Part shown: one piece after another, positions 37,466-46,390 of the stretch | Position numbering within the stretch: position 1 is the first letter of the stretch | How the letters are laid out: every line of letters begins with the position of its first letter | Origin: an uncultured Phycisphaerales bacterium | GTDB lineage: Bacteria > Planctomycetota > Phycisphaerae > Tepidisphaerales > Tepidisphaeraceae | Assembly (NCBI GenBank): GCA_903871935.1 | Contig: CAIQIQ010000062.1 | Location: 72,020 to 136,019 of the forward strand | Direction: 5' to 3' | Length of the DNA: 64,000 nt | Notes under the pieces: generated by a model | The model's input: the letters and a program-made list of their open reading frames with translations, nothing else | Database searches by the model: none | What the model was told of the DNA's origin: nothing | Translations under genes and position numbers: made by a program

Positions 37466-38588
37466 CGCCATTATCGGTGTGGGAGGCATCGCACAATCGC
37501 AGCATCTTCCCAACCTGCTGCGCGTGCCGCAGATCGACCTGCAGGTCGCCTGCGATATGCAAGCTGATCGCCTGCGCCAGGTTGCTGACAAGTACTCGAT
37601 TCCGCGGCGCGTCGGCGATGCCCGTGAGGTCTTTGCCGACCCGACGATTGAGGGCGTGATCGTTGCGACGCGCGACGATTTCCAGGCGCCTCTGACGATC
37701 GCCGCATTGAACGCGGGCAAGCATGTCTATGTGGAAAAGCCCCTGGCCACCACGCCCGAACAGTGCGAAAAGGTTGTGGATGCACAGCGACGATCCGGCA
37801 AGCACGTGGCCGTAGGGTTCAACCGCCGCTTTGCCCCGGCTTACCTACAGGCCCGGGAGGTCGTCACTGGCAATGGCGGAGCCCACAACATCCATTACCG
37901 CATCGCCGATTCCTATTGCCGGACCTGGGGCGCTGGTAGCCCACCGGGGCAGCGCATTCTGCACGAGGTCTGCCACATCTTTGACATCCTGCGCTGGTTC
38001 ACCGGCTCGGAAGTCGATTGGATCCACTGCCTGCGCGGCCGGCACGATGATGAGATCTGCCTGCTTCGCTTCGCCTCCGGCTGCATCGCTTCGATCACCA
38101 GTTCCGGCTATGCCACGGTGGATATGCCCAAGGAAGCGCTGGAGATCATCAGCGATTACGGCGGCATTAGCGTGATCGACTTTGTCGAACTGCGCACGTT
38201 CGGCCAGCGCGCCTATCAGAGCGTCTACAGTTATCCCGGCCACATCCACCCCGATCATGAGTACATCTACCGGCATATGTACGCGCAACTCGGTGCTCCA
38301 GCGCTCTATGCACTGCGGCGCACCGCATGGGAGATCAGGGAAGGCCTGGCGCCGGCCGAGCCGGCCGATCGCGCGGTCTTTGAGAAACACCACCGCTCGC
38401 ATATGCCTGACTCCAACTACACGGGAGACAAAGGCTGGGTCCAGGCGATGGCGCACTTTGCCAAGAGTGTCGCCGCCGGCACCAAACCCTTGAACGCGAG
38501 CCCAGCCGACGCCCTGGCGGCCGCCCAGCTCGGGCAGGCGGCCATTACCAGCCGGGAGACGAATCAGGTTGTCTCTATCCACCCATAG
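37425..38588 (+). CDS. Gfo/Idh/MocA family oxidoreductase
   Basis: The N-terminal Rossmann segment is VPFAIIGVGGIAQSQHLPNL. An EKP motif and a C-terminal domain are present. Length is 387 aa. Confidence 0.85.
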   Translation: MASENTTSSRRVPFAIIGVGGIAQSQHLPNLLRVPQIDLQVACDMQADRLRQVADKYSIPRRVGDAREVFADPTIEGVIVATRDDFQAPLTIAALNAGKHVYVEKPLATTPEQCEKVVDAQRRSGKHVAVGFNRRFAPAYLQAREVVTGNGGAHNIHYRIADSYCRTWGAGSPPGQRILHEVCHIFDILRWFTGSEVDWIHCLRGRHDDEICLLRFASGCIASITSSGYATVDMPKEALEIISDYGGISVIDFVELRTFGQRAYQSVYSYPGHIHPDHEYIYRHMYAQLGAPALYALRRTAWEIREGLAPAEPADRAVFEKHHRSHMPDSNYTGDKGWVQAMAHFAKSVAAGTKPLNASPADALAAAQLGQAAITSRETNQVVSIHP

Positions 38589-38898
38589 GAGGCACCATGC
38601 CAACGAGGCGCAGAACATGCCATGCCGCCAGAGTGGACCTTCACAAGTCTGCCAACATGCGTCGGCCGGGCCACCCCCACCCCTGCCCCTCCCCCAAGGG
38701 GGAGGGAACGGTCTGGGTGAGTACCGATGAACTGGCATCGCAGCAGGAACGGGGCGATGCTCGCTCGCTGCTGAATGCTAGCTATCGTCGCCACCCCGAA
38801 CCGGCCGGTCATACCGAATTGGCTCCATCGCCTCTGAACCGCAAGGCGTTTGCACGGCATGTCTGTGAGCGCCTTGCACGAAAGGCGGTAACGAATTG

Positions 38899-39675
38899 AT
38901 GAATGTCGTCACGCACAACCGTGAAGCATGGGATCTGCAAGTGGAGAAGGGCAATCCGTGGACGATTCCCGTCTCCGCCGATGCCATCTCGCGCGCCCGT
39001 GCGGGGGATTGGCAGATCATCCTGACGCCCAACATCCCGGTTCCGCGAAGCTGGTATCCGCCGATCGTCGGTTGCCGCACGCTATGCCTTGCTTCGGGCG
39101 GCGGACAACAGGGACCAATCCTGGCGGCCGCCGGTGCTGTTGTTACTGTCTTCGACAACTCCCCTGCCCAGCTCGAACGTGACCGCCAGCTCTCCGATCA
39201 GCACCACCTCGGCATCACTGCAGTTCAGGGTGATATGGCCGACTTGGGCGCATTTGCCGATGCCAGCTTTGACCTGATCGTACACCCGGTCTCCAACGTG
39301 TTTGCCCAAGATATCCGTCCCGTATGGCGCGGGGCTGCCCGGGTATTACGCCAAGGCGGGGTCCTGATGGCCGGCTTCAACAATCCCGTTCTCTACCTCT
39401 TCGACACCGCCGCGGCCGAGCGCGGCGAATTGATCGTCTGTCACAAGCTCCCCTACTCCGACCTGCACAGCCTTCCGCCCGAAAAACGCGATGACTTGAT
39501 CAGCCGGAAGGTGCCACTGGAGTTCAGCCATACCCTGGAGGACCAGATCGGCGGCCAATGCGATGCCGGCCTGGCCATCACCGCCATGTTTGAGGATCAC
39601 GACTCGCCCGGTTCCCCCAACGCGTTGGACCGCTATATGCCCCTGTACATCGCCACCCGGGCAGTAAAGCTATAG
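38899..39675 (+). CDS. Class I SAM-dependent methyltransferase
   Basis: SAM-binding motif I is LCLASGGGQQGPILAAAG, with the post-I acidic residue VFDNS and motif II DLIVHP. The ATG at 38899 follows the in-frame TTG at 38896. Confidence 0.8.
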   Translation: MNVVTHNREAWDLQVEKGNPWTIPVSADAISRARAGDWQIILTPNIPVPRSWYPPIVGCRTLCLASGGGQQGPILAAAGAVVTVFDNSPAQLERDRQLSDQHHLGITAVQGDMADLGAFADASFDLIVHPVSNVFAQDIRPVWRGAARVLRQGGVLMAGFNNPVLYLFDTAAAERGELIVCHKLPYSDLHSLPPEKRDDLISRKVPLEFSHTLEDQIGGQCDAGLAITAMFEDHDSPGSPNALDRYMPLYIATRAVKL

Positions 39676-39677
39676 CC

Positions 39678-40403
39678 ATGGCCGACTTCCGCGACCAGAC
39701 CGCGTTCGATGTCCGCTGCGAATGGGGACCTCATGGCGTGGCCGCACTCGCGCCATCGTCAGAGCTCGTCATCATCATCGACGTCCTCTCGTTCTCCACG
39801 GCGGTTGATGTGGCTGTTGCTCGTGGCGCCGAGATCTATCCACACCCCAGCAAGGGCCCGTCCGCAGAGGCACGTGCCCGTGAGCTGGGTGCCACACTCG
39901 CCACGGGCCGGGGCCAGGGCGAGTTCTCGCTTTCGCCTGCCTCGATGCTTCGCGCGCAACCAGGTCAGAAGATTGTCCTGCCCTCGCCCAATGGCTCTGC
40001 TCTATCGGTCAAGGCTCGTGCGTTTTGCCCCAATGTCCTCTGCGCGTGCTTTCGCAATGTCTCCGCGGCCGCAAGTTATGCCTCGCAGTTCAGTCCGATC
40101 GCCATCATCCCGGCCGGTGAACGTTGGCCCGATGACACTCTTCGCCCGGCTGTCGAAGACATCGCCTGCGCCGGCGCGTTGATCGAGCAACTCCCTGGCC
40201 GCCGCTCCCCCGAAGCGCTTGCCGCACTGGGTATCTGGCAGAATTTGCGCCAGAACGTTCTGGAGCATCTGCTGGCCTGCTCTTCGGGAAGACAGCTTAT
40301 CGAAATGGGTTATCGCGCGGATGTGGAAATGGCCGCCCAGCTAGACGTCAGTACGGCCACCCCGATTCTCCGCGATGGCTGCTATATCACTCCCGGCACC
40401 TGA
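39678..40403 (+). CDS. 2-phosphosulfolactate phosphatase (ComB) family protein
   Basis: The VIIIDVLSFSTAV N-terminal motif and overall length match the ComB family. The start lies 3 nt after the methyltransferase stop, which suggests translational coupling. Confidence 0.7.
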   Translation: MADFRDQTAFDVRCEWGPHGVAALAPSSELVIIIDVLSFSTAVDVAVARGAEIYPHPSKGPSAEARARELGATLATGRGQGEFSLSPASMLRAQPGQKIVLPSPNGSALSVKARAFCPNVLCACFRNVSAAASYASQFSPIAIIPAGERWPDDTLRPAVEDIACAGALIEQLPGRRSPEALAALGIWQNLRQNVLEHLLACSSGRQLIEMGYRADVEMAAQLDVSTATPILRDGCYITPGT

Positions 40404-40414
40404 ACTTTCGTGAT

Positions 40415-40738
40415 CTATTTCGCCATTCGCTCACCCAGTTCTCTCAGAAAGACAAATGAGTAGATCCCCAAATCGTGGCCGTCGGTCCAAATCAGTCTGA
40501 TAGCGTAGTTTCCCACCAATTCGGCCGCCGCGAGTTTCAGATCGTCGGTATAGTTGCCGGGCAACACCCTCAGCAGCGACTTCTTCGATTGCGTTCGCTC
40601 TTCCTTGCACTTGGCACAGGGACACACGCATCTGAGCATCGCCAGGTCGAAGCTCGAGGTCACGCCATCGGCCCAGACGATGGTCAGGCTCTTGTCTTTC
40701 TTCACGTCGACCTTGGCGGGGATGACACTGGCTTCCAT
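40415..40738 (-). CDS. DUF971 (gamma-butyrobetaine hydroxylase-like N-terminal domain) protein
   Basis: LTIVWADGVTSSFDLAMLRCVCPCAKCKEE and IRLIWTDGHDLGIYSFVFLREL are typical of DUF971. Start is taken at MEASVIPAKV. Confidence 0.6.
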   Translation of the reverse strand: MEASVIPAKVDVKKDKSLTIVWADGVTSSFDLAMLRCVCPCAKCKEERTQSKKSLLRVLPGNYTDDLKLAAAELVGNYAIRLIWTDGHDLGIYSFVFLRELGERMAK

Positions 40739-41294
40739 ATGCACGATCCTACCGCGATCGCCAGAAAACAGAACCGCGGCGAGCGTTCGCCGCGGCTCAC
40801 TCCACGTTCCTTTTCCACTTTGCCTAGTAGAGCCCATCCCACCGCTCTGCATCTCGTTCTTCCTCGGGGACCCCTACGGGAACGCGCAGGGCAATCGCCG
40901 GACCAGTGGGAAACCGCAGAAGACGGCTTGAAACGACCATCGGTTCGGCGGCCAGAGCAAACAGATCCGGCATCTCGCTGATCGTCCTCGCCACGGCACC
41001 TAGGCGGAACTCCTTTTCGCTGCCAGGGGTCATGATATTCACAGTAATACTCCCTTCGTGTTGCGGCCACGTCCGGTCTTCTTGTCACCGATCACAGCCC
41101 ACCTCACTTCTTCCGGCCGTTCATTTATCAGTCTTATCGGTAGGATTCCTGCCTGTCCAGCCAAACTACTAGTGGTGTTTCGCGCTTTCCTTCACCGCCG
41201 CAAAAACGTCCGATAATGTAGCGCCCTCTATCCTCTCACGCGCGAAACGGGGCACTCCACCGAACAATGTTTTCCATAGCCTAAACGAGGACAG

Positions 41295-41397
41295 GTCAAA
41301 GGATGAAGGATGAAGGCGGAAGGATGAAACCAAGAACGCGGCCAATGCGCAGCACAACCCAACGCAGCTTGGCTACGTCTTCATCCTTCATCTTTTT
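41295..41397. repeat. Tandem GGATGAAGG repeats forming a long inverted repeat (17-nt arms, ~60-nt spacer) followed by a T-run
   Basis: AAAGGATGAAGGATGAAGG at 41298..41316 is complementary to CTTCATCCTTCATCTTT at 41379..41395. TTTTTGCC follows on the plus strand. Confidence 0.5.
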
Positions 41398-41415
41398 GCC
41401 TTTATCCTTGGATTA

Positions 41416-41919
41416 TCAGATCCACTGATCGCGGATGAGCTTGAGTTGCGACCAGTCACCATCGGTAAAGAAATCGGGGCGCTGCTCTCCCTGCCCCAGA
41501 ATCCTGCCAAAGAAGGCCTCGGCATCATCCTCAATCAACGCACGATCCTGCCCTAGCGCGGTGCGCGCTGCCCACATGTCGTCTTCCTGACTCGCCAAGC
41601 GCAACGCCTCCGCGCCGGCATACTTTCTCACTGTGTCGGCAAGTTCTTCGTAGTACTTGAGCGTCGCCTCATCCTGTGACGGCGTCGCACAATGGTGTTT
41701 CAGGGCATGGGCGAAATACCGTTTCTTCTCCTCCCACGGAAGCTTGGGGCTGATCGCCAGGGTGATGTAGCGGGCAACCTTCAGTGCTGCCCGGAGATGG
41801 ATGTCTCCCGACTGATCCGCATCGGCAATCGCCCGCATGTAATAAGGATCCGGGCGGCCGATCTCGGGCATCGGCGGAAAATTATCTTGCGCAGCATTCA
41901 TCGGCGCCTCGGTAGACAT
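41416..41919 (-). CDS. Hypothetical protein (167 aa)
   Basis: A 167-aa ORF with a plausible soluble helical composition. I recognise no family. Confidence 0.5.
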   Translation of the reverse strand: MSTEAPMNAAQDNFPPMPEIGRPDPYYMRAIADADQSGDIHLRAALKVARYITLAISPKLPWEEKKRYFAHALKHHCATPSQDEATLKYYEELADTVRKYAGAEALRLASQEDDMWAARTALGQDRALIEDDAEAFFGRILGQGEQRPDFFTDGDWSQLKLIRDQWI

Positions 41920-42039
41920 GGGTGCCTCAATCTACTTCAGTTAGACTTGTGGCCTTTCTATGAAAGTCCAGCGAATCACATTATACCTGCGCCCGGCCCA
42001 CAAATGGAAGGAAAACTTCTGCAAATCCTCATGGAGCGG

Positions 42040-42540
42040 TCACTTGCCGTCGGGCGAGGCACTTGCATCGGCATCAACCCGCGGCGGGCTGGCGGCAGGA
42101 TCGCCTCGCCCGACGCTCGCGTTCTGCTCCTGCAACTCCTTGAGAATCTCGGCTAGTTTCGCCAGAATCTCCGCCTGTAATGCATCGCGCCGGGCACTGG
42201 CCGGACCATCGAGCATCTTCGATACCAGCGATGGACCCACGGTCATGATGAAAGTACCCACCAGCTTGCCGACCGGTGTCACGGGGTGGATATCGGCATA
42301 GCCAACACTGAGGCAGGTCGAACAATAGATGCTCGCATCGACGATGGTGTTGACCTTCGGATTCCTTCCCCGCTCGGCCATGAAAAACACCAGACTTGTC
42401 AACCCGACAATTGCCACCGTGTTCCGCGCTGGCATGTCGCCCAGTCCTGGCGCAACCTGGTCCAGTGCACCCAAGGGAAGAACCTTTCCAAGAGCGCTCT
42501 TCACGTCCGCCAGCGTTACAGGTTCAAAGCTCGTTGCCAT
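42040..42540 (-). CDS. Two-TM ion-channel (Ion_trans_2 / K+-channel-like) protein with atypical selectivity-filter sequence
   Basis: TM1 is VAIVGLTSLVFFMAE, followed by the pore helix and filter CSTCLSVGYADI, where GYAD replaces GYGD. TM2 is VGKLVGTFIMTVGPSLV, followed by a coiled-coil C-terminus. Confidence 0.6.
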   Translation of the reverse strand: MATSFEPVTLADVKSALGKVLPLGALDQVAPGLGDMPARNTVAIVGLTSLVFFMAERGRNPKVNTIVDASIYCSTCLSVGYADIHPVTPVGKLVGTFIMTVGPSLVSKMLDGPASARRDALQAEILAKLAEILKELQEQNASVGRGDPAASPPRVDADASASPDGK

Positions 42541-42655
42541 ATGTCACCTTCGGACGGCATGACGCATACGCAGATCCCAGTGACCAGCGTCTGGGCGGCA
42601 CGTTGGCCATGGCGCATGGTTCATGCGCCATGGCCTTTGGTCATCTGGTCCACCG

Positions 42656-44494
42656 TTACCGATTCGCAACTTCCGGCTGCGGGGGTGCCGGCTTGGCCTC
42701 AGCAGCGGGCGTGGGCTTCACCTGGCTCATCACCGCCGAACCAAGCCGCTCGATCAGGTCGCGCCCCTCGGTCGGGATCGACTTCAGGAAGCCGTCCACG
42801 GCTACACCCATGCTGGTGGCGCGCATGAACTGGGCGCTCATCTTGGACATTGTTTCCGGGTCGCCGAAGATCTGCATATTGGCCTTGCTGAGCATGTTGC
42901 CCAGCGCCTGGGCGGCCGCGATGCGCACTTCCTTGTCCGCCTGGATGCGCAGCTTATCCAATTCAAACTGCAGGGCGGCCTCATTATACTGCTCCCGATT
43001 CGCCAGGCTCTGCCGCTCAACCTCCACGCGGACCTGCTCAACGCCCACGCGCTCGCGCTCGACGGTCACGTCCACCATCTTGATGGCGCGATCACCTTCG
43101 GACTTCTTGGTCATTGCGGCCGAGTCACCTTCGGCCAGACGCAACTTAGCTTCGTACTGCATCTCGGCGGCCAGTTTCTCACCTTCGGCCTCCTTCACGC
43201 GCGTGTACGCCAGCACATCAGCCTGGGTCTGATCGCGGAGTTTCTTCTCCGCAACCTGCTGCTGGGCCGAGATCAGCTTCTTCTGAGCCTCGCGATCGGC
43301 CTCGGCCGTCAACTGCACCATGGCGATCTTCTGTCGCGCCCCTTCTCGATCCGCCTCGGCCGCGAACATGGCTGCCTGGGCGATCGCCCGCTCACGCTCC
43401 TTCTGGGCGACGGCAACTTCCTTGGATCGCGCGGCAACATCGACGGCCGTTGTCTTGGCAATCTCCGAGGTCTCCTGTTCGCGGTTCTTTTCGATCATCG
43501 CGATCTTCTTGGCGACCTCGGCCTGCTCAATGGCCAACAGTTTTTCAACGCCGCTGGTCTCAATCATCTTCTGCTTTTCAATCTCGCGGCGAGCGACGGC
43601 CTCTTCCTGAGCCAGGCGGAACTCGGCCACCTCGCGTTCGCGGGCAGCGCGAACGTTGGCAACCTTCATCCGTTGCTCGGCCTCGAACTCGGCCTGGTCG
43701 CGCTCCATATCCAGCACTTTCTTCTTCGTGCCAACGTTCTGCTGCACGACCTGCCTCTGCGACTCCTGCTCGATGATGTTGCGCTCGACGCGCGCCTTCT
43801 GGGTAATCTCCGCGATCTTCCGCAGGCCCTGGGCATCGAACACGTTGCGTTCCTGTAGTTGCGACGGATCGGTCTGGTCGAGTGACGAGATCGTCACGCT
43901 TTCGAGCGTCAGCCCGTTGTGCGCCAGGTCGTGGATCACAATCTGCTGCACCGCAGTCGCGAACTCATCGCGCTTGGAGTGAAGCTCCACCAGATCCTTG
44001 GTGGCCGCCACCGTGCGCAGGGCCGACACCAGCTTCTCCTCAACCAGTTCACTGACGGCGTTGGCCTCCACACTGCGATTACCCAGCGAACGGGCCGCCT
44101 GGAGGATGTCTTCCTTGTTGGCCTGCACCTTGATGTAGAACTCGGCCGACAGATCCACGCGAAGATTGTCCTTGGTGATCAGTGCATGCGTGCCGCGGCG
44201 CTCGACGTTGAGGCGCATCGTCTCCAGCGACACGAGGATCACCTGGTGCAGGATGGGGAAGATAATCTTACCGCCATCCAGGATGGGCTCAGCCCCGCCC
44301 ATGCCGGTCTTGACGAATGCCATATTCGCCGAGGTCTTGCGATAGAGCCGGGTGAACATGGCCAGGATCGGCGTCAGGATCACCAGCGCCAGACCCACGA
44401 TGAGCATAATGCCTTGCGCCAGAGCGCTGGCCGGAGCAAACATGCTGCCCGCGATCAGTGCCGCACCGATGAGGAATAGAATCAAGAGAATCAT
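42656..44494 (-). CDS. Flotillin-like SPFH/band-7 protein (YqiK-like)
   Basis: An N-terminal TM helix is followed by an SPFH domain and a long E/A/K/R-rich coiled-coil flotillin domain. Length is 612 aa. Confidence 0.9.
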   Translation of the reverse strand: MILLILFLIGAALIAGSMFAPASALAQGIMLIVGLALVILTPILAMFTRLYRKTSANMAFVKTGMGGAEPILDGGKIIFPILHQVILVSLETMRLNVERRGTHALITKDNLRVDLSAEFYIKVQANKEDILQAARSLGNRSVEANAVSELVEEKLVSALRTVAATKDLVELHSKRDEFATAVQQIVIHDLAHNGLTLESVTISSLDQTDPSQLQERNVFDAQGLRKIAEITQKARVERNIIEQESQRQVVQQNVGTKKKVLDMERDQAEFEAEQRMKVANVRAAREREVAEFRLAQEEAVARREIEKQKMIETSGVEKLLAIEQAEVAKKIAMIEKNREQETSEIAKTTAVDVAARSKEVAVAQKERERAIAQAAMFAAEADREGARQKIAMVQLTAEADREAQKKLISAQQQVAEKKLRDQTQADVLAYTRVKEAEGEKLAAEMQYEAKLRLAEGDSAAMTKKSEGDRAIKMVDVTVERERVGVEQVRVEVERQSLANREQYNEAALQFELDKLRIQADKEVRIAAAQALGNMLSKANMQIFGDPETMSKMSAQFMRATSMGVAVDGFLKSIPTEGRDLIERLGSAVMSQVKPTPAAEAKPAPPQPEVANR

Positions 44495-44510
44495 ATGCGC
44501 CCGCCTTTCC

Positions 44511-45299
44511 TTATGGGTTCAGCTCCGGCCGGCCCAGTTCATCCGGGACGACGCGGAAGCAATCTTCGGATTTGTCATAGTCGACCAGCAGTATACGCTG
44601 GTTCTTCTCAATCACCGGCCGATCCGAACTGACCCGGCACGACACCTGAAACACATCGCCAGCGGTGGTTCGAACCTGTCCCAGGCCGAAACTGGCATCG
44701 ATCTGGCTCAGCGCCACTCCGGCCGATCCGACCAAAGCATCCTTGCGCCTGGCCGGGCTGCCGCCCATGGGCAGGAGTCGTCCGATCAGGCGCGCAATCC
44801 ATCGAGTCAGCAGCGCCGCGATCAGCAACGCAGTCGGCATCGATACCAGTGGGATCACCCACTCGGCGAAGCCGGCTGATGCCATGATGCGGTTCAGGTT
44901 ATAGCCTGCAACACCCCAGAACATCGCGAACAGCATCAGCAAAAGCGAGATTGGCACTCGCCCGGCGCCAAGCCAGAACAAGGTATCCATCATCGCACTG
45001 TTGGAAGGGCCGCCACCTTCGTGGTCGGCGTCATGGTCGTGGTCCGCGCCTGCCGCATCGTGATCCGCGTCGCCGTCTGCATCCACATCCCCGTCCGCGT
45101 CTGCGTCAACATCCGCATCGGCGTCAACATCTGCGTCCGCATCGACATCGGCATCAGCATCCACATCCGCGTCTACGTCTACGTCGACGTGGCCGAACGT
45201 GATCCCCGTCGAGACGTACAGCCCCAAATACAGAAGAGCCAGCCCCATAGGGATGATGAACACCAGGTTCCACCACTGCAGTATCCATGTGAGGTTCAT
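44511..45299 (-). CDS. NfeD/YqiJ-like membrane protein with acidic (DV/DA)n repeat
   Basis: The ORF lies upstream of and adjacent to the flotillin gene, which matches the yqiJK arrangement. It has TM helices, a C-terminal OB-fold-like region ([27 protein letters not shown]) and a 60-aa insert [57 protein letters not shown]. Confidence 0.7.
   Translation of the reverse strand: MNLTWILQWWNLVFIIPMGLALLYLGLYVSTGITFGHVDVDVDADVDADADVDADADVDADADVDADADGDVDADGDADHDAAGADHDHDADHEGGGPSNSAMMDTLFWLGAGRVPISLLLMLFAMFWGVAGYNLNRIMASAGFAEWVIPLVSMPTALLIAALLTRWIARLIGRLLPMGGSPARRKDALVGSAGVALSQIDASFGLGQVRTTAGDVFQVSCRVSSDRPVIEKNQRILLVDYDKSEDCFRVVPDELGRPELNP
45020..45200 (-). repeat. In-frame nucleotide tandem repeat (GAC/GCN)n encoding the acidic (DV/DA)n tract
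   Basis: A periodic gcgtccgcatcgacatcggcatcagcatccacatccgcgtc block sits on the plus strand within the YqiJ-like CDS. Confidence 0.6.
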
Positions 45300-45432
45300 G
45301 AGCCCGTCGCCGGCCGGGCATCAGCCCGAGTCCGCCGCCGGTGTCACCTCCTTACGCTTAACCACGCTACAACACTCAAGCCCTGCGCACAATGGGATCT
45401 GCGTTACAAACAAACGCGGGTTTAGACACGCT

Positions 45433-45475
45433 AAAAGGGGTCGGGAGTCTTTTAAAAAGACTCCCGACCCCTTTA
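45433..45475. repeat. Perfect GC-rich palindrome, copy 1 (AAAAGGGGTCGGGAGTC-ttttaaaaa-GACTCCCGACCCCTTTAT)
   Basis: A 13-bp perfect stem, an A/T-only 9-nt loop and A-tract and T-tract flanks. Copy 2 is at 48682..48725. This copy lies between divergently transcribed genes. Confidence 0.7.
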
Positions 45476-45517
45476 TGTCATCTTGACGGCTATCGGGCTC
45501 GGTACGACGATGCGGAC

Positions 45518-46390
45518 ATGAAGCGCCACCTGGTTGGCTATGCCTTCATCAGCCCGTGGCTGATTGGGTTCGCCGTGTTCACCGCCGTGCCTTTTGTCAT
45601 CAGCATCTATCTCTCGTTTACCAGATACAACGTGGTAACCGAGCCGGTATGGGTAGGCGCGGTGAATTACAGGACGCTGCTGGCGCACGATCCCCTGTTC
45701 TGGAAGGCCATGGGCATCACGCTGAAGTACGCCGCTATCGCGGTGCCGCTGGGCATCTTCACGGGCGTCGCTCTGGCACTGCTGCTCAACCTGGAGATCC
45801 GGGGCATCGCCATCTACCGGACCATTTTCTACCTGCCCAGCATTGTGCCAGTAGTTGCCACCAGCGTCGTGTTCCTGTGGATTCTCAACCCGCAGATCGG
45901 TCTGGTTAACGGAATCCTCCGATCGGTCGACATCATCGGACCCAACTGGCTGGGATCGGAGGATTGGGCATTCACCTCGCTTGTACTGATGGGGCTCTGG
46001 GGCGTCGGCGGCAGCATGATCATCTATCTGGCCGGCCTGAAAGATATCCCCTACACCCTCTATGAGGCCGCAATGATCGATGGCGCCAATGCCTGGCATC
46101 GCATGCGCCACATCACCCTGCCCATGCTGACACCGGTCATCTTCTTCAATCTGGTGATGGGCGTGATCAGCGCCTTTCAGTACTTCACCCAGGCCTACGT
46201 AATCATGGACGCCACCAGTGGACCCAATGACTCAACCCTCTTCTACGCCCTGCACCTGTTCAACCGTGCCTGGCGATACCTCGACATGGGCTACGCGTCG
46301 GCCATGGCCTGGATCCTGTTTGTCCTGGTCATGACCGTCACGCTAACGATCTTCCGATCGCATCGCAGGTGGGTGCACTATGGCAATTGA
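45518..46390 (+). CDS. Carbohydrate ABC transporter permease (UgpA/MalF-like)
   Basis: Six TM helices, with the EAA-like loop YEAAMIDGANAWHRMRHITLPML. Start is taken at the ATG at 45518, downstream of the palindrome. Confidence 0.85.
   Translation: MKRHLVGYAFISPWLIGFAVFTAVPFVISIYLSFTRYNVVTEPVWVGAVNYRTLLAHDPLFWKAMGITLKYAAIAVPLGIFTGVALALLLNLEIRGIAIYRTIFYLPSIVPVVATSVVFLWILNPQIGLVNGILRSVDIIGPNWLGSEDWAFTSLVLMGLWGVGGSMIIYLAGLKDIPYTLYEAAMIDGANAWHRMRHITLPMLTPVIFFNLVMGVISAFQYFTQAYVIMDATSGPNDSTLFYALHLFNRAWRYLDMGYASAMAWILFVLVMTVTLTIFRSHRRWVHYGN

Noticed and set aside
38597-38899. 100-aa ORF ending in TGATG overlap with the methyltransferase start
   Set aside because: The translation is Arg/Pro/His-rich and not protein-like. 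The region is more likely a 300-nt noncoding gap containing a CCTCCCC-caag-GGGGAGG hairpin at about 38683.
40824-41042. 72-aa ORF upstream of the DUF971 gene
   Set aside because: It has no motifs and overlaps alternative ORFs in other frames. It is possibly real but unsupported.
42623-43858. 411-aa ORF on the plus strand
   Set aside because: It is antisense to the flotillin gene and has a low-complexity Leu/Gly-rich translation.
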